The notes under the pieces: generated by a model | Seen by the model: only the letters and a program-made list of their open reading frames with translations | Told to the model about the DNA's origin: nothing | The model's database searches: none | Source: Chrysomallon squamiferum | Lineage: Eukaryota > Animalia > Mollusca | Assembly: GCA_012295275.1 (NCBI GenBank) | Contig: CM022673.1 | Span: 5,022,001-5,086,000 of the forward strand | DNA length: 64,000 nt | Direction: 5' to 3' | Shown here: piece by piece, positions 49,629 to 64,000 of the stretch | How positions within the stretch are numbered: the stretch's first letter is position 1 | Layout of the letters: each line of letters begins with the position of its first letter | Made by a program: the position numbers and the translations under genes

Positions 49629-52600
49629 AATTTTTAAAAAGAGAAGAAACAAACAAAAAGAGAGATTTTACCCACAGGCAAGTTTTTGTTGTCATGTAAA
49701 TGTTTTGTGGAATCCACCATAGAAGGAGCAAGAAAAAATAAATAATAATAATTGTTTCAATAATTTTGAACATGGGCAAATATGATTTAGGCTGGGATGC
49801 TCTTGAATGCTTTTGATATAACTTGAGTAAATCTAACTGAAATCTTTTAACATGAAACTTAGAAAATGCATTATGCCCTTGCATTTTAATAATAAAAACA
49901 ATTGGAAATTAGTAATATTTTTAGTAAAAGTATCTGCATCTGAAATCTAATTTTTTTTTTTTAAATAATAAAATGTAAATATGTAAGACTGCATTCATTG
50001 AGGCACTTTTAACCAATGGATTCAAAACAAACAAAAAAGATACTCCTTTTGAAAAAAATTAAATTAAATACTGTGATATTTCTGGTTTTTCTGACACGTA
50101 AATAACTATTAAAAAAAGAACAGTAGTCAGATCACTATTTATTAAAAAACAGGTTATTCTGTACTAAAAGGATTTTAGAAATTTATTTTCTGTTACTGAA
50201 AAAGTATTATGAATTTCACCCATTTATATTCAGTATTGCTTTTTTATTATTCTACATACTTCTTGTATTGTGATCATTTTATATATATATATATATTATG
50301 TATTTGATTAAGATAAAAAAAAAAAAGTATTAGTCCAGTGGTCTTCATCTGTTAAACAAAAAGCATTCAAATAAATTATTTTAATGTTTAGTGTTGTTTT
50401 TAATTTCATAAAAAAAACAACTGGATACAACTACATTATTTTTGTATTAAAGAAGGTAGGAAAATTATTATTTTTTTTTTTTTACATTTAACAACTCACA
50501 AGATATTTTTAACTGGATACATGGCATACACACAAAACCATATCAATGAGTGAAGAAATATATTGCTACCATGTGATGGTCTACTTTTTATCAGTTAGCA
50601 ATCTTTAATAAGCACTTTCTTTTGTTTTAAAAGTGTCTTGATTGTTTTTTGTAAACTCAAAGATTTATTTATTCTTAAAACAATTAATTTTAAAACATGA
50701 TGATTATTGTCTGTAATGTACCTATTTTATCAATAAAGTATTAATACAATATATATTTTGTTAAAATTATAATTAATTTTGTACGTTAATAATTAATGTA
50801 ATGAATAATTACTTGTAAACAAGTTTATTAGCAAAACATTCTGTAGGCATAAAAATGCACACAGTTTACATGTATACATTAAACATAATACAAAATTGAA
50901 AGGTATTAAAATTTACATACACACTTCATACTGCTAAATGTAATATTAATAATAAAAATAACATATGTGGAGTATTGTTAATCTATACTAGACGTAAAAC
51001 TGCATTGCAAAGACATTCATTCCCTGACAAAATACAAGACAATACTTTGATAATTAATGACATTTAAAGAAAACAATCCATTCTGAAGAACAATAAATTT
51101 AAAGTAATGATAGTCATGTGTCATTTAGTTATATGAAACAAACAAAATTCTAATAAACAACAACACAGAAATTAGTTTTTATAAGCTGTAATGCCATCTA
51201 ATTAGTAACAATATGGTATGTACACATTTTTTTTTTTGTTATTCTATATATATGAGATGTATATTTTATCTATATTTTTTCAATTTATCTGTAGAATTCA
51301 TGAATAAAATAGTTATTATTATAAACAATATATTAATATGATTAGTTGGTATTCTGTCCCTGAATGGAAATACATTTTATATTTTTATTTCTTTGAAAAC
51401 AGGTGGTCACTGATTTGCAAATAGTAAATATATATATATATATTTATATATTTTATATTAAAAGTAAAGTCATGCTTTATTTATTATTTTTGGGTACAAA
51501 TCTATTTTAAATTAAGCAATAATATATGCTTTAATATGAAAAGCCAACGCAAACAACTTCTTCCATCAACACAAATTAAATTCTGCATTTTGAACATAGG
51601 TTAAAAAATTTTTTTTTTTAAATCCAATGTTAATAGAAAATTATAAAAACAACAATTAGAATTTAATTTTAAAAAATTAAGTGGAATTGATTGTAATAAA
51701 ATTAAAATTTCCAAGCAACAGTGAAATTCTGCATATTTGTGCAAAATCAGAATAGAGTTTAAGATATGTTTTTTCAAAAACTTTTTTATTTAAGTAAATA
51801 AATAAATAAATAATAAAAAAAGAGGTCTTGATAAATCATATTTTAAGACCTCAAATGCACTAACAGAAGGATGACTAATAAAATATAATGATTTTTTTTT
51901 ATAAAATGGAGAACTGCAACATTTGCAGTGAACCAGACATTAATAATATAAATTATTAGCATGCTTCTATCACACAAGAACTGACTTCATACATTAGATA
52001 TGTTACATCAAAACAACCAACTAAAACTACAGTAAAACAAATTCACATACTCAAAACCAGGTCATAAAACGTTCATCAATAAATAATTACAAAAGAAAAT
52101 AATCATAAAAATAATGTTCATAACTGATTATGACATAATTAATGCCTTTATCTATATATATATTGTTTTTTAAATAATACTAACAGCATCTGATAAAAAA
52201 TTTCAATGCATTATAAACATTTCATTTCATACTATATATATTTTCTGTTAATGCAGAATAATAAAAATATAGTAGCTGCATCAAATATTGATTAAATATT
52301 ATAATGAAAATATAATATACAACATGTTAGCGTACATAAATAAACATTAAAGTTTATCTTTATTAACATTTACTAATGACCAATTACTTTTTAAAATACT
52401 ACCAAGAAACTGTTTTATTTGTTACAGAGACAAAATCTCACACTAATAAAATATGACAAAAAGAATAATAAGTTAAATAAGTTACAGTTGCATAGAGGCT
52501 GTCATTTTCTAAAGACAATTTTATACACCATAATAAAACAACTAATGTTTTGGTTTATTTGATTGTTGTGTTTTTTAATTTCAATGTTGGTCAAATATAA

Positions 52601-53167
52601 ATTTGCAGAAAGTTTCTGTCAAGAAAATATTTTTATTCTTTCATATGACCTTGTATCTCACTGTTACAGTTTATTATTAGCAGAAATATACTACAGGTAA
52701 CAAAGAAAACAGTAAATTAGAAGTATTCAAAATGTGCTTTAAAAGCCATACCAATAATCTGCATGGAGACAGCATTGTTCATAATGGGTTACTCTACAGA
52801 ATAAATTTAATTATTGCTATTCTTTTGGCTTTGAGATTTAAAGAGTTCATATCTTAATGTAGCCACTTCACAGAAAATGTGGATTTTTAGATGTTAATAA
52901 ATATTAATAAATATGTTTACCTGCAGCCAAAACAATACAAAACTTCATCTGCTCTATAATTTACAAAACTGTTTTATTATAAATAACTGCAATGCAATGT
53001 ATTAAATGTCCAAGTCTAACATAACCTTTCATTCTATCTGCAGATAACATGGTTTTAAAATTTCATAAGCAAACTGCTCTTCCCCATCTATGGCTATTAT
53101 TAAACAAACCTTTACATCTTCAAAACAGTCAGACATTTTTGTTTCTAGTACCTAGTGAATTTTATTC

Positions 53168-55585
53168 TCAAGTGTCTACTTCCTGCTTCATTGGCAAGCT
53201 AAGTCTTGCTGCTACATCAACAACACTGCTGCTTTCTGCCTCTGCATCGGCTACGTGATGTTTTTCTAGTTTAGTGTATTCCTGCATTTCTCTGTCATAC
53301 CTCTCCTTTTCTCGCTCATACATTAAATGATACAGCTGTAAAACAATTCAGGATTATGAAGTGAAACAACTCAACAAGTGGAAAAGTGGTCAGGAAAGCA
53401 AGGTAAACCTTTCACAGTAACATAGCAAACCTTTCACAAAATAAAGACAAATGTTTCACAAAAACATAACAAACTTCACTATGCCTCATTAAGGTTCTAA
53501 TAATGAAATTTAATGATAATTTTAAGCCGATTGTATTGAAGTAACAAATCTTTAAATCTGTCTGTTCAACAAAATCACTGATAAACTCAATGTATATTTG
53601 CCTATAGTCTGAGTTATGGCAAAACAAACTAATCTGTAAAACATGAACTGTAAAACATTAGACATTTACTGAGGGACACTGTACCATATCTACAGTCTAA
53701 CCATGTCAATTAGTGTACAATTGTTTTTTAACTAGATTCTGAAATAGATTTTAATGAATATGTATGTACATTCACCTTTTTCTTCTCCGGTGGAAGAGTA
53801 TTCCATTTCATAGCCAATCGTTTCATCAGCTCATGTGGGGCAATGTCTTCATTGTATTCCTAAAACAGTAACAAGAACCAAACTGTAACAACATACTCAG
53901 ATATAGAAAGAAAGAAAAACACACAGCGTGAGGGTTAAAAAAACAGGTTGACATATGATAACATTACTTTTACAACTGAGAAATTCTGACAGTCAAATTC
54001 AATCAGCATTTCATGCGAGAGGGCTTCTTTAAGTAGCAACTGTTCAATCAGTACATCATACTGTACAAATAATGCTTCTTTAAATAACAACAGTAACTGA
54101 GAAGTTTTCTTTACACTGCTCCTGATAATTTTAAAAGAAAAATTCACCTGAAAATACTCGTCTTGAACAATGGGTTTCTGTTGCTGTTTGAACAGAAGGA
54201 AAGCATTGGCTGGTTTCTTAGGTGCTAATGGATCTTTGTCTTTCTCTACTTTTATTTTCTTGCTGTTTTTAATTCCTGAAGAGGATGGGGTGGAGACTTC
54301 ACTTAAGCTGTGAGCCTGCAGTAATGGCTGAATGGAAGACAGAGCATTTCCTTTAACAGCTCCTGCCTCAGTGTCAGATCCAGAACTAGGATATGGTGGA
54401 GGAGGCCGTAGAATATTATACAATACTTTATCCTCCTTAAAAATAAAAAATTATGTCAAAAATTATGTCAATATGTTGTATATATTACCAAGTGAAAAAT
54501 TAATTTTAAATCTATATTATTATATATAATAATATCTATCTATCTGTATATATATATATTTTCAATTTGTTCAAAAGTGCCTAAAAACTTACCTCCCACA
54601 TAACCGGTACCTGAACTTCTCTGAAATTATCTCCATGTTCATCTAGTTTGCCTGCCAAAAATCTGAATTTAAAAACCAAGAGAAATTGTTTATTAAATTA
54701 CATAATTATAAATAGGACAGGACAGTTTTTTTTTAAACTTTATACATTGGCTCTAAAATTACAAATTTCTTCTATATATACCAGTATTTTCAAAATAATG
54801 TAAATGAAAGAAGTCCACATGAATAAGTAAAGTTCAGTTTGAAAATGAATATGCAAGTGATGTAAAATGATACATTTAATATTAAAGTGTATTTCTTTCA
54901 GATAAATATATTATTACCTTCTTTCTCTCTTAGTTCTCTTGATTAATTTCTTAACATGCTGAATTCTGTTGACAAGTTTTTCATTGGCCTAAAAAAAAAA
55001 AAAAAAAAAAAATAATAATAAAATATTAAAAAAACAATAATAATAAAGAATTAAACAAAAAGTATTTTAAAAAATAAAATTTTAATTTGCTGTTGTGTTA
55101 ATAGTTTTTGTGTTTTTTGTTTGGTTTTTTAAAGGCATATTGTACACAATTAAGACTATTATTATATCAGTGATTGATCGGATGATCCTTTGATGATTCA
55201 AAGAGATAATTTGATTGAACGAGTCAGTGACTGACGCATATAAAAAGGATAATAAATCAATGATATCGAAACAGGAATGTTTTATTTTCCAGAAATGACT
55301 AAGGATGGAGGAATGCTGGTCTTACCAATGGCAAAGGCTCTTAAGCGCAGAAAATCAGCATATTACAAGCTAAAAAAAACTTAGGAGAAAATAAGTTTTC
55401 TTTACAGTAACTTGTAAAATCTACATCAGCATAGAATAGTATGCAGAATTCTAAATTCCCAACTTCACCCAAAATTATATTACCTGCTGAATTTGTTCAC
55501 ATTTCTTTCGTAATGAAAAATACTTCTTAAGGAAAGCGCTTTCTCTAGCTATCGTCTCGAGTTGAGCTTCTAGAACTTCCGACAT
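53168..55585 (-). CDS. TFPT-like (INO80-associated) coiled-coil protein with C-terminal HMG box (Nhp10-like); exons 55585-55484, 54988-54918, 54662-54593, 54435-54148, 53859-53776, 53335-53168
   Basis: N-terminus KKYFSLRKKCEQIQQANEKLVNRIQHVKKLIKRTKRERRFLAGKLDEHGDNF resembles the TFPT coiled coil. HMG box DPLAPKKPANAFLLF...ELMKRLAMKWNTLPPEKKKLYHLMYEREKERYDREMQEY. Exon phases are consistent. Confidence 0.88.
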
Positions 55586-56222
55586 TTTGGATTTCACCGA
55601 CTGAAAATAGTTACCTCCCTTTACAGCTGGTTCCCTTACAGCAATTTAATTCCCGTCGATCATAATGTTAATTTTTCTCTTTGATATATGACGCAGAATG
55701 CATGTGTTTCAAAAGCATCATTCATATGCAGTGATGCAAATTGAATTATGTTTTAAAGCTTATTATTGTTTCATAGCTTTATTGCTTTATAGTAACCATT
55801 AAGCTATAGCTGCAGACCTGAAAGTCTGAGTAATATTATTATTGTCTGACGTTTAAGCATTGCTTCCAAATGAAAAACATAATCAGTTGTAAAATCAGAC
55901 ATTCAATAATCAGATTTGGCTAACTTCATTTAAATAAATCTGGGCATATGCACGAATCTGGACTTTCGCTAATCTTTAATGGCTCTCCTTGCTTCGTAAA
56001 TGTTGGCGTCACTTATAAATATAGGCAAGACTTTCCAATAGTTTTCTTCTTCTTGTATTAATTTCCTAACATTTAATCTAATCAAAATTTCACTGAATAA
56101 ATGAAATGCTACGTCTTGTGTAAAGTGCAGACACCGTAAACTGTCGTAAAAAGAAAAGGTTGAATTTCAGTGGCAATTTTTGTATTAAAAGTATTCGAAT
56201 CTATCCGGCATCTTGCAGGTCC

Positions 56223-56292
<70 letters not shown>

Positions 56293-56615
56293 TTGGGTAA
56301 GTACTGAGTCTGCAGGTAACATAACCTTATTCGGACATTTGTTCGTTCTATGAATGTGGCTACGCTGTATGCAGCGCACACAGTTATATTGAAAAATAAA
56401 TATATAGAAACATAACTTTCCGGACGTGAATCGAAATAATAAATTGTTAATTTTTATTTTTTATTTCTTTTCATGTATTTTTAGGTGTGTGCATTTCGTT
56501 ATTTGTAATTTCTAAATTAATATATTCAATTTTTTTTTTTTTTTTTTTTTTTAAACGAAGTGCGAAGGGACGCAACTCTGGTGCGAATTACATGCAGCAA
56601 TAACGATTTAATCTA

Positions 56616-56646
<31 letters not shown>

Positions 56647-57457
56647 TCAGAACGAGCAATATATTTTGCTGATTATTTAAAAAGTATAAATCTGTATATA
56701 GTATCTGACCATACTTATTAAAACTGAGGTGATGTGCAGGAAAGATGATAATTTTAGAGAACAAGATTCACTAATTTGAATAAGATATTCTTTATTTTGC
56801 TGCTTATGTAAATATTAAAAAAATGCATATAATGTACTAATTTGTAATAAATTGCTTCTAGTTTTGATATAAATTAATATTTTGTTGAGATGAGATGGTG
56901 AAAATTCTGAGGTTTTAATTATATCATTAATTTATGATTAAAAACAAGAAAGAAAGCAAATCTGCTACTGCAGTAAGAAATCTTCAGCAAATTGAATCTT
57001 TCATATTCATCTTCCCAGACATGATTGAAATAACACAGCCTCAGGTAAACAGTAATCAAGCACTGGCTGGAAATGAAAATAACCCTGCATAATTAAATTT
57101 AAAAAAAAAAAAATTAAATAAATAATAATAAACTATAGAAACAGATAATATGATAAAGAAAAAAGAGAAGAGAGGAAAAAACACAGAAAACAAAGACAGT
57201 GCACGATTCCAATTTATTTATTTAGTTATGATGATTTTATACACCAATGTGTAAGGAAGCTATCCAGACATACACATACCATCTTGCGCACAGACATCCA
57301 TTCTTCTTTTTGACTTTCTGAGCAGCACGTTTTCTTACTAATTTTACATCCCAGAACAGATTTACTCCAGCAGTTATTCAATGAATTTTTTGAAATATGT
57401 TTTTATAATTTAAATTTTGTTCATGTTTTTACATTATGATAAAGAAACTTTATAAAA

Positions 57458-57520
<63 letters not shown>

Positions 57521-57759
57521 ATTGTTATTTTCACATAAATGTTTAAATAAATATAAATCTTTATAAAGTTGTTTATTTCTTATTGTTTTTTTTTACACAA
57601 TAGCCATTGTTAGTGTCAAATAATGCAAACCAATAACTATTGCTGTTTTCTTTCTTTATTTAATTACTATTCAAATACTCTTTCATTAAATCATAATCAA
57701 ATTATTGATGGAAGTTAATCTGTTCCTGACCTCAAACTGATCAGTCTATTTCAATGTTA

Positions 57760-57799
<40 letters not shown>

Positions 57800-59836
57800 T
57801 ATAAAACAAAATAAAAAATAAAAAAAGGAATCAATTCATAATGAAATAAATAAATAAATAATAATAATCATATTCTGATCATATAATAACTGATCATATT
57901 CAAGTTAATAAAGAAATAAAAAAAAAAAAAAAAATAAAAAAAAAAATAAGAACAATTCAGATAAAAAATAAATACAGTTCAAATACAGCTCCTTCTTCTT
58001 AACCATTTTCATCATGATTTCCATTCATATAAATTAGCTTGTCAAAATATTATTTTCTTACAATATGTACAACTACAAAAACTTTGGGTGAGGATAATAA
58101 TAATAATAATGATAATAATAATAATAAAACAATTATTTGCTATAAATACTTTCCAAGCTGGCTACATGCACAAACAACAGTTTCTGGTATTTATACCAAA
58201 TATATCAAACTGGCCAAATAAAAATTAAAATAATCAAGATCCAGTTAATATACAAAATACACTATTGCAACCCAGAAAGATTAAGAGTATGTCTATGTGT
58301 AACAGATTATAATAATACATGTTAATGATAATATACAAATGGCACAATGAATGACAGTTTTGGGTAAATGTTCACAGATTAAGAAAATTATCTGTTTTTA
58401 TTTTATTTTATTTTGTAAAGTTTTAAAGCAATTTCATATTTTATTGATCTATGTGGATATAATATTTTTAATTAAATGTTTCTTTTATTCTTTTCTGAAA
58501 AATTATAACACATTGAAAATGATAAAGAATAAATGTGTTGTAATTATTTTTAATCAAAATCTACTATAATAATAATAATTAATATTAAAGTTAATAAATA
58601 ATTCAATTCAGTCCTATGTAAGTCTATTAATTTAATAAGAAAAATAGGCATCTAAAAGTGAGAATAATTATATTCGTTAAATAACAAGTTTTTATCAATT
58701 TAATTTTTTTTTTTTGCATAGAAGCTTCAGTCCTGTTATCACTACATTAAAGTAAATGGTTTTACTTTTGTCTCTTCTTAAATTATCAGAACAGAAATGT
58801 GAATGTTATGTTATGCATTTCAAGAGTGGTTGCCCAGTTTGCATAATAACACCGATTTACTACCTTAGTAGAAATTGTTTTAAGAAAGAAAATAGAGAAA
58901 AATGTTACCCTTGTTTTAATATACACCAAGAAAGCTATTTGAGAAAACAATAAAATTAAACTGCATGTGTATTAGAATTCTACATTACCATACAAGTTTT
59001 TTGAAGAGCACAATAATAAAAATATATTTCAATTTATTATTACCATAATAAAAAAAAAAAAAGTATTATTTTTTAAAATGATTGTTTAAATTCCTTATAA
59101 TTAAACTAATAATGTAACTGGTTATTTGAATATGGTAAAAGAAAAAAGAAAAATTAATATTAATACCAAAAATCAGTGCTTGATTTAGCATACTTGACCA
59201 TTTTACATTACAAATTTTTTTAAATTTTTTTAATTATATATTTTTTTAAATCTAAGGAAACACCCTTAAAAACCTTCATCTAACAGTATTAATCAGTAAA
59301 ACACAACAAATCAGGCAGTGTGAATAACCCTTTAGAATCTACATGTAACTAAATCGGGCACTGATCTGACCATCTGACTATTCTGACCTAACTGTTAATA
59401 TTATTGAGGTATTCACGTATTCTATTTTATATTTTTAACATTATCAATGACAAATGTGTGAATATATGTATTGTATGTAAAATGGACAATATACACTGAT
59501 GATACATTTTCTTATCAAAAGATGTCAATACTTTTCAAAACAGATGGATGTAATAACAATAAAAAAGCTACATTTTGCAACTGAATCTACAGTGATAAAT
59601 ATAAATGTGTTTTTAATGCTAACAATATATAAATGTTTTATTATTGGCACACAATGTTAAATGGAAATATGAAGTTTTTATCCTGATACCAAATACAGAT
59701 ATACATAAATACACAATTCATCTTGTTAAATATGTAATTTTCATGAAACAAAAGCTTGCCTTCAGGTTAATAATGATAATGAAATCATGAATATTTGTAA
59801 AATAAATTCTTTGGATTTTTTAAACTGTTAAAACAG

Positions 59837-59872
<36 letters not shown>

Positions 59873-62800
59873 AAACATATTAAAACTTCTTCAAGTAAAA
59901 TTTATGTCTAAGATAAGGCAAGGCAGATTTATATTTTTCAAGTATTTCAAGTGTCTTTACCGTTGAAGATGTGTAAATGTTTGAATGTTGTTAATGTAAC
60001 AAGAAAAAACCTCATAAACTTGTCTCAATAACAGAAAAAATATGAATAAAACTGATTACTAAACTGTAGTGCTGTCTACTTCACTGCCATAACAAAACTA
60101 TCACTGCACCAATTAAAATAAATCTCATACATGAAGAAATGGATATGTTTTTCATTCATTTTTTAATTAAATTTTTTTAATAAATATTATTTATTTATTT
60201 TTTTTTTTTTTTTAAACACTGTGTACAGTATACACATACTGGTTTTAAGATGTATTTGTTTTCATTCTTCCCAGTATAAACTTTTCAATAAAATTAAATA
60301 AATTTTCTATGATGATTTTCTTTCATGTTCAGTACATTACTTCTAAAATAACAGAAAACTTACAACATTGAGAACTGTAACTATAACTGTCAAATAAAAT
60401 TTTATCTGTGCATGATTTTTTCCCCCCATTTGTTTTGACATGCAAACTAGGGATAATGATATCAATTTTTTGCAAATTATTGATGTTAAAAACTCCATAT
60501 AAAAAAAAAAAAAATTATTTAGTGATCTTATCTCTAATTAATATTGGAAATAAAGATTTATATTTCATTTCTGATTTACCATTTATATACACATTTTTTT
60601 AATGTTTTTATTTCAGTTTTCCTGCAACTGAAATAATATTTATACAATTCCAGCATAGAATAGAGAAAATTAAATTATCTAAATACATTCTAGTTCATTT
60701 ACATCTTAAGCTACAACAGAATTTAATTTTTTGATGATTCAGATTTAATTTAAAAAAATCTTTCAGTCTTTATTCATATATATATATATTTATTTTTTTA
60801 TTAAATAATAATAAAAAAAAAATAAAAAAATAAAAAACTGTATCTGTTAAAATTCAACAGTCACAAAAATTACCTCGATTGCATATCAAAAATAAAAAAA
60901 AGTAATGACAAAAATGCATTTTGTAAAAAAAAAAAAAATATTTGACGAAGAGTATAATTATTAAGCAAGAAACATGCAGTATCATAGCTATGAAAACAAA
61001 GAGCATACAAAGAATATAGTTTGGCAATCACAAAACAACATCACCAGCAGCTATTTTCAGTAGCCATGTCATCAGCTAGTCACAGTGAAAAGTTCCCCAG
61101 ATCCATCATAAATAAATACAGGTGAAAACAGGTATCACCCAAATGTCTGTAGTAACAGCAGTGCAGACCCTTCGCAAATTAACTAAAAAGACTGAACATC
61201 ACACTTTGTGTAGGAGTGTATTGCTCATCTATGAATGTTTACCATTATCTAGAACGTAACAGTTACATAAAACGCTACAGAAAGTTAGCACAATCACCAG
61301 TTTTAATATTTAATTCTTTTATTTCTTTTCCTACTGACTTCTTTCACGTTTATCACATTTAGGATACAGCATCAACAATTTTGCTTAAAAAAAGAATTTA
61401 AAAAAAACAATGTGCACAATAATGTTGGGCAGGCTCAAAAACTTAAAAACTTAACAGAACTCCAACATAAAAATAATAATAATAATAATAAAATAAATAA
61501 ATTAAAAACAAACATTTAAATTAATTTCTTTCTTTTATCTTTCAGGCTGTTTGATTTCTTTCAACTTGTATCACATTCAGAAAACAACAATGCCACATAT
61601 TAAAAATATGTATATAAATTTAGATACTTGATGTTGAAAATAACTGTATCTTTTTCACATCCCTCCGAAAAACAAAATGCCACTAAATAATAGAAGTAAA
61701 AAAATAATGAAATAAAACAATAAAAATATTAATATTAAAATGAAAAAAAAAAAATAATAATAATCAAATCAAACCATAAAAATATTAATATTAAAATGAA
61801 AATAAAATTTAAAAAATAATATTAATTATAAAACAGAAAATTGATTTTTTTCAATTTCTTCACTGCATCAACTATGACTTCTGTAAAACCAATTTTTGCC
61901 AGTCTTCCTTTGTTATTTTCTTTTAGTATTATTTCAGTCTTTTTTCTTTCTTAAATGTTAGGCAATTGCTATTTTTTAATTCTTCTAATATTACTTTACA
62001 AATGATCATTATTATTTTTTGTTTCAAAGCTACAAAAAATATTTTCATAGATGTCAGTTTTATTTACTTTTCAAAGTTGTCAGTATTATTTTAATGTAAA
62101 GCCATCAGTATATTTTATGTTCAAAATTTATCTTTTCTGGACAATTTTCTGACAAAATCAGAAACCAGTTGAAAACATATTTTGAAAATTTCAAGGCCAA
62201 AACCAAAAATAAAGTAAAGAGAAATTAAAAAGAAATCTTCAAAATCTTTTTCCATTCATATTCTACAGCTTAAAGAAATAATTTAAAAAAAAGAGCAAAA
62301 TCCAGCACATTAAATTGGAACAAAGATTTCTGCCAATTTTATACATAATATTGTAGTCCTTTGAAACATTTGTCATGCATTATAATGGAATGAATTGTAA
62401 TGACGTGAGCTATTATACAGGCGTATAAAGTTTGTAATACTACCACCATAATCAAGAACTCTGCAAGTAAAAGTATCTCTCAATCTTTGTATTTCTATTG
62501 AAAAATATTACTTAAAACAGACATCTTCCACTTTTTTTTTTTTAACTTGTACAAACAAAACAGCAAAAAGCCACTACCAAAACACAGACTGAAAATAACT
62601 TTTTTACTCTCTCTTTTTCTTTTCAGTAAAGGAAAATTTGAAAAGAATTCCTAATGCTTTCGAAAATACAAGTCACAAGTATTATCATCTGGTTTTGTTT
62701 TTGTTTTTCCCTATGTTCCTGATAGAAATAACAATTTCAAAAACTTTTCTCCAGGTTGTTTCAGTTTCACCAAAACAAATGTACAAAATACTGTAACAGA

Positions 62801-64000
62801 AATCCAAACATTTTTTTTCATGATAGCAACATTCAGATTGAGCAAGTTATGTGGTGGCAGGAATGGTGGTTGAAGAGTTTAGAATTGAGTGGCCTCCCTT
62901 GGCAAATTTAGTTCTTTTTAAAACAGCGTCTTCTTTCTTTCTTTTCTTTTCTTTTTTTTTTCTTTCCTTTACTTGTTATTATTATTATTATTTTAGTTTC
63001 TTGGCTGAAATTCAGAATACAAAATTACTGATATGCATAAGAATGGCAGTTTCATCCTTCTGTTATGAAGAAACTTTTCCGCTTGGCTTTAGAAACCTGT
63101 AATAGCACTGTCTTGTCAATGTTTTGGAAAGTTCCAATCACAAAGAAATATTGCAGTTGTTTGTTTATCAAGAATAGAGAGATTAACTCCAAGATGTTCT
63201 GTGTAAAACATTTTTTTTGCCCCTTGGGCAAAGCTACTTTCATCTGATAAAATCTTTAAGTGGTTTCACCAAGGCCTCTGAAATATAAAAAGAAAACACA
63301 ATTAATATTATAAAAAATTATAAAACTTAAAAATTCCTACGAACTTCAAAAAAAATGTAAAAAAATGAATGAAACAAAAACAGATCTGAAAAACTAAGGA
63401 TAAATGGAGAAATTAGTAAATTACAGTATGAATACTTCTTGAAACTGTTTTTATATCAAAGGATGAAAAACACATCACTTTGTATTGATAGGGTGAAGAA
63501 GATACCCATTAATCCTTTACATAACAAGTTTGATAATGAAGAAATCCCATTCCATGGTTTCTGATCAAATAAAAATGTGAAACACTAAATACAAGAGGAA
63601 TAAACTCAAAGCGTTCAGTAAAGAGTATTGATCCTGCAAGCCTATGTTCTGTTTCTGAACTGCTACTCTAATTCAACTTGTAGCTAAAAAACCCAGACAC
63701 CTTTCAGTAACGTTGACCTTATCAATAGTCATGTAGCTGAATGAAACAAAATGTCAATGAATCTACCAAGGACAATTAATCCCAGAATCTTTTACTAACA
63801 TTTAGACGATTTTACTCTAAACGATGTACCATAACCCTGAATAAAGTACACTTTAATGAAGCTAATTCAAGCCATTAGTATAATTAAGATAATCAACTTT
63901 TTAAATAAATGTTCAAATAATGAACACCAGATGGAGGGCAAATGTCTTAATTTCCATTAGCTTACAAATTAGACTGATAGGAAAAGGTTTTTTTTATAAC

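Noticed and set aside
51823-51852. Inverted repeat gaggtctt...aagacctc between the convergent enkurin and TFPT-like genes
   Set aside because: An 8-bp stem is expected by chance in 64 kb; no SECIS or other RNA motif recognised.
53935-54147. ORF read-through into an intron with repeated LLLKEAL peptide
   Set aside because: Arises from a short intronic duplication; splicing at 54148 is needed to complete the HMG box.
56640-57050. Possible plus-strand exon(s) divergent from the TFPT-like gene (ATG ATT GAA ATA ACA CAG CCT CAG|gtaaac)
   Set aside because: No downstream coding exon could be found; splice-like motifs alone are insufficient.

Overview
AT-rich, microsatellite-laden, intron-containing eukaryotic DNA from an invertebrate animal. 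A gastropod mollusc is my inference from gene content and repeat style, not something the sequence proves. Genes were assembled by hand from GT-AG boundaries. In order: (1) the 3' part of a small Cys-rich, antistasin-like repeat gene (+, ~250-1610); (2-3) two tandem, strongly diverged paralogs (-, 3315-7638 and 12240-16118), each encoding about six non-cleavable ubiquitin-like domains, a disordered linker and a C-terminal death domain, with kB/ISRE/C-EBP-like motifs upstream; a decayed hAT transposase with a nested insertion lies between them; (4) a divergent alpha-tubulin (-) with an apparent 1-bp insertion that destroys the EEY tail; (5) HACL1 (+, 18 exons); (6) a ferroportin/SLC40A1 homolog (-); (7) enkurin (+); (8) a TFPT-like coiled-coil plus HMG-box (Nhp10-like) gene (-). 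The last ~8 kb is essentially non-coding. The best candidate for an undescribed system is the poly-Ubl/death-domain gene pair, a putative innate-immune or cell-death adaptor family. All domain calls come from reading motifs; no searches were run.
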